Shown here: one piece after another, positions 59,862 through 64,000 of the stretch | How the letters are laid out: each line of letters begins with the position of its first letter | How positions within the stretch are numbered: position 1 is the stretch's first letter | Source: an uncultured bacterium | GTDB taxonomy: Bacteria; Chloroflexota; UBA5177; JANWHV01 | DNA: 64,000 bases | Reading direction: 5' to 3' | Assembly (NCBI GenBank): GCA_963827235.1 | Contig: CAWHAE010000016.1 | Coordinates: 544,001-608,000, forward strand | Notes under the pieces: model-generated | Seen by the model: only the letters and a program-made list of their open reading frames with translations | The model's database searches: none | Told to the model about the DNA's origin: nothing | Made by a program: the position numbers and the translations under genes

Positions 59862-62667
59862 ATGATTCACGTCGTTGAGTACCCCGGTCGATCTCGTGGC
59901 GCGAGGATCGCGAGCGCACTGCTGCTCACGGTCCTGTTGATGCATTTTGCCTCCGACGGCGGGACAGCCCAGATTGCCTTCGCCGGGACCGTGTCTCGCA
60001 CGCCGGTACCGGCTTCCGGCCCGCCAGGAACTCAGGTGCTATTGCAGGATGGCGCCGGCGACCTCGCAATCGGATCTGTCGTGACCGTCTGGATGGCCGG
60101 CACCATCCTCGAAGATAATGTTCCGGTCGGCGATGGCGGAAGCTTCTCCATCACCGTGACCGTGCCGCAGCTGGAGGCGGGCGGCTACTACATCGACGTC
60201 GAGGCGAATAGCGGCTCCGTCGAGTTCCCCTTTGCAGTCACCGGCGCGACCGCCAGCGCGACCGCGACGATCACCGCGCCGGTGCCGTCCGCCACCGCAA
60301 CGGCAACGCAGCCGGTAGCAGCGACGGCGACGCCGCTCCAGCCGACAACGCCAAGTTCAACGGCGACACTCTCGCTGGCGACCGCGGCACCCACCGACAC
60401 GCCCGCCACGGCCTGGTCACCTACTTGTACCGCGACAGAGACGCCCTATGCGACCCAGGTCCTCGGTGTCTCGCCGGCCTCGGGCCCACCCGGAAGCACC
60501 AACGTGATCGTCACCGCCAATCCAGGCGCATTTGCCGGCGCCGCTGGCGTGGACCTGAGCTTCGTCGATTCGGGAGGCACGTCGACCGATTCTGCCGCTG
60601 GTAGTCGCTCGGGCCGACGGTTCGTTTTCCGCGAGCGTGCAGCTCCCGGTCATGGCTACCTACGGCGTTGCGACACTCATCGCCCATGTGGATGCGTCGG
60701 GCCAGCTGGCGAGAGGCACGTACTTCGTCACACCTGAGGTTCGGACTCTTCCATCCCTTGCCAGTCCCGGCCAGACCGTGGAGATCATCGCGGACGGGTT
60801 CCCGCCCACCGCTACTGTCTCCTTTCAGCTTGCAGGCGTTGTTCTTCCTTTCGATCCGCCGGTAGCCACCGATGAGCGGGGCCACCTCGACGTGAAGGTT
60901 GTCGTCCCCCCGGCGATCGGCAGCCAGCCCTCGGCGTCACTCAGCGTTACCAGCCTCGCCGGCGGGTGCACGGCGGCGGTGTCCCTGCCCATTGCCGAGC
61001 CATCGCCGACCATGACTCGCACTCCCAGCCAGACGCGCACCCCGAGCACGACCCGGACCCCGAGCACGACCCGGACCGAGTCCGCCACGCCCACACCGAG
61101 CTGCACGCGCACTCCCAAGGCTAGCCGCACGGCGAGCGATACGCGTACCGCGTCGCCCAGCGGCACGCCGGCGAAGACGGCGACGACACGCGCCGTACGG
61201 TCCGGCGCAGCGGCGATTCCCAGCGCGAAAGTGACCGCCCGGCCGGTAGCCTCGCCGAGCACTGCGGGGACCGCGTCCAGCGCGAGCGTTGGCTCTCAGG
61301 CTACGAAGCTACTGTTCGCCGAGGGCTCCACTGCACAGGCGACGAAGAGCGGTGGAGTGTCATTTGCCGAGACAATCAACGTGGTCAATCCGACCAGCTA
61401 TACCGTCCCGCTCACCTTCACGTATTATGTCGTGGGCCGCGGAATGGCTGTCGTCGTGCGCCGTGTGCTCGGGCCGTCGTCTGCGCTTCGGGAGAACGTC
61501 AATGGCGATGTCGGAGCGAACAGGATCGTGTCGGCGGTGCTGTCGTCGCCCGTGCGCGTTGCTTCCTCACGTACTATTTCCCGGCGCGAGGCGGGCGGCG
61601 AGCGCCTCGACGGCAGTACTACCCCCGGAGCCCGGGCTCCGGCCACGAAGTGGTACTTCGCCGGTAGCCCCGGCGGCAGCAGAGTCCGCGACTATCTGAC
61701 GCTGTTCAACCCCACCGGAGCGACGGCCGCCGTGACCATTACGCTGGCGACCACTACTTCCGGCGGGCGCGGGGCTGGCAAGATCACCGCACGCATACCG
61801 CCTCTTGGGCGGACGACCCTCGAGGTGGGTGGGCCGCAGGGCAGCAGACAGTTGGCAGGGGCGGGACTCATCATCGCCAGCTCGGCGGCGGTCGTGGCCG
61901 AGCGCGTCGAGTACTTCGGCACCGGCTCCGGACCGGCTCAGCGAGGCTTCACGGTGACGCTCGGCTCGTCCAGGCCGTCGATTGTTGCCCGCTTCGCGCT
62001 CGGCCCCTCGGTCAACCGCTCCGGAGCAGGCGGCGACCAGACGGTTGTGACAGTGCTGAATCCGGCTGGCTCGGCCGGGAGAATCGCGGTGACGGCGCGC
62101 TTTACGGATGCGGTCGGGCATGCGATCGGCCGGCCGCGCGTGTTGATCGTGCCTGCCGGCACTCATAGCTCGATAGCCGTGGAGCCGCTGCTCGGTGCCG
62201 CGCAGACGGGAGTCGGCATCGAGTTGCACGGAAGCGGTCCGCTCGTGGCTGAGGCCACCCGTTACCTCGGTGGACCGCCGGACGGGGCAGCTCGCGCGGG
62301 CATCGACCTGCCGGGCGCGGATACGCCGTCCGGCGACATGTACTTCTCGGATCTGGCGACCTCGTTGGCAGACGGAACACAGGCTGTGCGCCGCCTTTAC
62401 GTCTTCGATCCGGGAACGGCGCCCCTTCGCGTCGTGACTCGATACTTTACTACGCACGGCGCCAGGCAGGCGGCGCCGCGCCTGGTACCTGGCCACGGCA
62501 TCGCCATCATCGACGTAGCGGCTGACCTGAGAGCCGCCAAGATCGTGGGGCCGGTGGGCGGCGAGCTTACACTCGCACCCGGCACGCACGGAGCGTTCAT
62601 TGCCTGCTCCGTCGGCACGAGCGTCGATGGACAAGAGGCGGTCGAGGAGCCCGGGGATCCGCGCTGA
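59862..62667 (+). pseudogene. large secreted/surface protein (Ig-like repeats, Thr/Pro linkers, C-terminal F.EG/L.NP beta repeats), split by a +1 frameshift at ~60590
   Basis: Signal-peptide-like start; frames 59382-60737 and 60637-62667 join if one T in GATTCTG is removed (..STDLPLVVARADGSFSASVQLP..); may be a sequencing error. Confidence 0.72.
61015..61158 (+). repeat. 8 degenerate 18-bp tandem units encoding TRT(P/A)Sx linker
   Basis: e.g. ACGCGCACCCCGAGCACG / ACCCGGACCCCGAGCACG; in-frame coding repeat. Confidence 0.7.
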
Positions 62668-62690
62668 TCCCGGATGCACACCGGCGCCGC

Positions 62691-63395
62691 TCAGCTATGC
62701 CGGGACTCTGTATTCGTGCCGCCGGCTTCAGGCGCCTCCCGGTGGCGACGCGGCGCGCCTTCACGCTCGCGAAGCACATCGCCCACGGAGTCCAGCGACA
62801 CGCCTTTCGCACTGAGCATCACCAGCGCGTGGTAGAGGAGATCCGCGATCTCCGCCGCTAGGTCGTCGGGCGAATCGTTTTTGGCCGCGATTATCACTTC
62901 GGCCGTCTCCTCACCCAGCTTTCGTGCGATTCTGTCCACACCCTGCGCCAGTAGGTGATTGGTGTAGGATCCGGCTTCCGGCTGCCGGCGGCGACCCTCG
63001 ATCGTCTGGTACAGCCGAGCCAGCACCGCGCCGCCCGCGCGACCCTCGGCCGCATGCGGGTCGTCTGCGCGCGAGGACTCGGAGAAGCACGAGCGAGCAC
63101 CGGTATGGCAAGTCGGTCCCTCGGGGGCGGCGCGCACCAATAGCGTGTCGCCGTCGCAGTCGGGCCTGACCTCAACGACACGCAGGTAATTGCCCGACGT
63201 CAGGCCTTTGTGCCACATCTCGCTCCTGCTCCGGCTCCAGAACCAGACATCGCCGCTCGAGAGCGTCCGCTGGACGGCCTCTGCGTTCATGTAGCCGAGC
63301 ATGAGCACAGTGCCATCGTGCACGTCCTGCACGATGGCGGGAATCAATCCGCGGTCGTCGAAGCGCAGACTGTCGAGCGTACGGCGTTCACTCAC
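62691..63395 (-). CDS. hisIE: bifunctional phosphoribosyl-AMP cyclohydrolase/phosphoribosyl-ATP pyrophosphatase
   Basis: [48 protein letters not shown]. Confidence 0.96.
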   Translation of the reverse strand: MSERRTLDSLRFDDRGLIPAIVQDVHDGTVLMLGYMNAEAVQRTLSSGDVWFWSRSRSEMWHKGLTSGNYLRVVEVRPDCDGDTLLVRAAPEGPTCHTGARSCFSESSRADDPHAAEGRAGGAVLARLYQTIEGRRRQPEAGSYTNHLLAQGVDRIARKLGEETAEVIIAAKNDSPDDLAAEIADLLYHALVMLSAKGVSLDSVGDVLREREGAPRRHREAPEAGGTNTESRHS

Positions 63396-64000
63396 AGAGA
63401 CACGCTCCCGCTGGGCAAGCGCACCGGTATGCCGCGCCTGCGCATCTCAAGCTTGACGTCGCCGACCGTGAGCTCGGCGTAGTGGAAGATGCTCGCGGCC
63501 AGCACGGCATCTGCTTTCCCGATCGAGACCGCCTCGGCCATGTGGACCGCGTTGCCGGCGCCGCCCGACGCAATGACCGGCACGGGCACCGCGTCCGCGA
63601 CTGCCGCGGTGAGAGTCAGCTCGAAACCGTCTTTCGTGCCGTCCGCGTCCATCGACGTGAGCAATATCTCGCCGGCGCCACGGCGAACGACTTCGCGTGC
63701 CCATTCTATCGCGTCGAGACCGGTGGCTCGCCTGCCGCCATGGGAATAAACCTCGTAGGTTCCAGATTGACGGCGACGCGCGTCAATGGCCACCACGATA
63801 CACTGACTGCCAAACGCGTAGGCACCCTCAGCAACCAAATCGGGACGGGCGATCGCCGCCGTATTCACGGCGATCTTGTCCGCGCCGGCGCGCAGCATGC
63901 GCCGCATGTCGTCGACGGATCGAATGCCTCCGCCTACCGTGAGCGGAATGAATACCTGATCGGCGGTTCGCGCCACCACCTCCACCATTGTGTCACGTTC
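63392..64000 (-). CDS. hisF: imidazole glycerol phosphate synthase cyclase subunit (5' truncated by window edge)
   Basis: [54 protein letters not shown]. Confidence 0.97.
   Translation of the reverse strand, partial: ERDTMVEVVARTADQVFIPLTVGGGIRSVDDMRRMLRAGADKIAVNTAAIARPDLVAEGAYAFGSQCIVVAIDARRRQSGTYEVYSHGGRRATGLDAIEWAREVVRRGAGEILLTSMDADGTKDGFELTLTAAVADAVPVPVIASGGAGNAVHMAEAVSIGKADAVLAASIFHYAELTVGDVKLEMRRRGIPVRLPSGSVSL

Noticed and set aside
61015-61158. CRISPR-like repeat array
   Set aside because: Contiguous in-frame 18-bp coding repeats without spacers; no cas genes

Overview
High-GC bacterial chromosomal segment, most likely Chloroflexota (inferred from EF-Tu motifs [22 protein letters not shown] and the rpmG-secE-nusG arrangement without tRNA-Trp). 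It is mostly core genome: REC-ANTAR regulator + glnA, purF-(roadblock)-purMNH, tRNA-Thr/Tyr/Thr-tuf-rpmG-secE-nusG-rplKAJL, hisC, serS, sucAB, gap-pgk-tpiA, two lepB paralogs around tRNA-Arg(TCG), hisF/hisIE. Accessory modules are a cellobiose phosphorylase, an MmpL + IsdG-like pair, a PhnWAY aminoethylphosphonate catabolic cluster, a YtfQ-like sugar ABC system with an extra ATPase-LacI unit, and a large surface protein. No integrase, transposase, prophage, rRNA or CRISPR array was seen. The best novelty candidates are: (1) a two-state RNA switch in the glnA leader, with two AnnGnn-loop hairpins and an 11-bp anti-SD helix, directly downstream of an ANTAR response regulator; (2) PhnW fused to an apparently inactive PhnX-like HAD domain; (3) a ~185-nt rod-like RNA that sequesters the SD/start of an MFS gene. 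Two single-base frameshifts (32120, ~60590) may be assembly errors. All structures and motifs were read by eye; no searches or folding programs were run.
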